This document shows positions 23,514 through 24,000 of a stretch of DNA of 24,000 nt, one piece after another. The stretch comes from Nitratidesulfovibrio vulgaris str. Hildenborough (GTDB lineage Bacteria; Desulfobacterota; Desulfovibrionia; Desulfovibrionales; Desulfovibrionaceae). Positions within the stretch are counted from its first letter, which is position 1, and each line of letters begins with the position of its first letter. Below the pieces are notes generated by a model. It had not been told where the DNA came from and did not search any database. It saw nothing but the letters and a program-made list of their open reading frames with translations. The position numbers and the translations under genes are program-made. The stretch spans positions 2,659,175-2,683,174 of the forward strand of contig NC_002937.3 in assembly GCF_000195755.1 (NCBI RefSeq), read 5' to 3'.

Positions 23514-23939
23514 ATGGCAATACAGAACGGCGCTACGGTTCGCGTGCACTACACCGGGACCCTTGATGACGGGACCGAGTTCGATTCGTCGCGCGACCGC
23601 GAGCCGCTCGAATTCACTCTTGGCGAAGGGATGCTCATCCCCGGCTTCGAGAAGGCCGTGCTCGGCCTCAGCAAGACAGGCGATGCCGTGAAGGTCGTCA
23701 TCCCCGCCGAAGACGCCTACGGCGAGCGCCTTGAAGAACTGGTCATCTCCGTGCCGCGCGATCAGGTTCCGCCGCACATCGAGCCCGAAGTGGGCCTGAT
23801 GCTCCAGCTCATGACCGATGGCGGCGAGATGGAAGTGGCTGTCACCGAAGTTACCGACGAAGCCGTGACCCTCGACGCCAACCACCCCCTCGCGGGTGAG
23901 ACGCTCACCTTCGACATCGAACTGGTCGAAGTGCTGTAG
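23514..23939 (+). CDS. FKBP-type peptidyl-prolyl cis-trans isomerase (SlyD-like, no His-rich tail)
   Basis: The ATG at 23514 has AAGGAA upstream. VRVHYTGTLDDGTEFDSS, FTLGEGMLIPGFEKAVLG and HPLAGETLTFDIELVEV are characteristic. Confidence 0.85.
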   Translation: MAIQNGATVRVHYTGTLDDGTEFDSSRDREPLEFTLGEGMLIPGFEKAVLGLSKTGDAVKVVIPAEDAYGERLEELVISVPRDQVPPHIEPEVGLMLQLMTDGGEMEVAVTEVTDEAVTLDANHPLAGETLTFDIELVEVL

Positions 23940-24000
23940 CCCTATACCGGGCGGCGCACCCCGCCGTCTGCCCTATGCGCAACGAACGGCGCGTACCCCA

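Noticed and set aside
1-24000. Search by eye for CRISPR arrays, IS elements or terminal inverted repeats, integrases/recombinases, toxin-antitoxin pairs or defence-system genes.
   Set aside because: None were seen. The only repeats are short in-frame or intergenic tandem repeats (10-27 bp units). No transposase- or integrase-like translation appears in any tracked ORF.

Overview
This is a GC-rich bacterial chromosomal window with strong G/C third-position bias in the called frames. Gene content and order resemble a Desulfovibrio-type sulfate reducer; that is my recollection, not a search result. I call 24 protein-coding genes. I found no rRNA, tRNA, CRISPR array, IS element or integrase. Left part (1-9.5 kb): the 3' end of a sensor histidine kinase, an azoreductase plus Crp/Fnr-regulator pair, a tandem HD/HD-GYP protein, gltX, a NifU-like protein, a DUF2156-type protein overlapping a MATE exporter, and two small hypotheticals. 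Centre (9.5-19.5 kb): birA lies divergent from a nine-gene, tightly overlapping biotin operon, bioB-bioA-[truncated FabZ-like hot-dog, FabG-like SDR, atypical ACP, FabF/B-type KAS, second hot-dog]-bioF-bioD. A BirA-operator-like inverted repeat sits in the birA/bioB intergenic region. Right part (19.6-24 kb): a TrmB-like regulator coupled to lysA, a ~600 bp gene-free region, an M20D amidohydrolase and an FKBP-type PPIase. The main hunt result is the five-gene fatty-acid-synthase-like module inside the bio operon. The window has no BioC/BioH, BioW, BioI or BioZ equivalent, so the module is the obvious candidate for a biochemically undescribed route to the pimeloyl thioester. Its two hot-dog proteins carry complementary halves of the FabZ catalytic dyad. 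The ACP and KAS are atypical, and nearly every enzyme in the operon carries in-frame low-complexity insertions or tandem repeats. All functional calls rest on motif recognition by eye; no database search was run.
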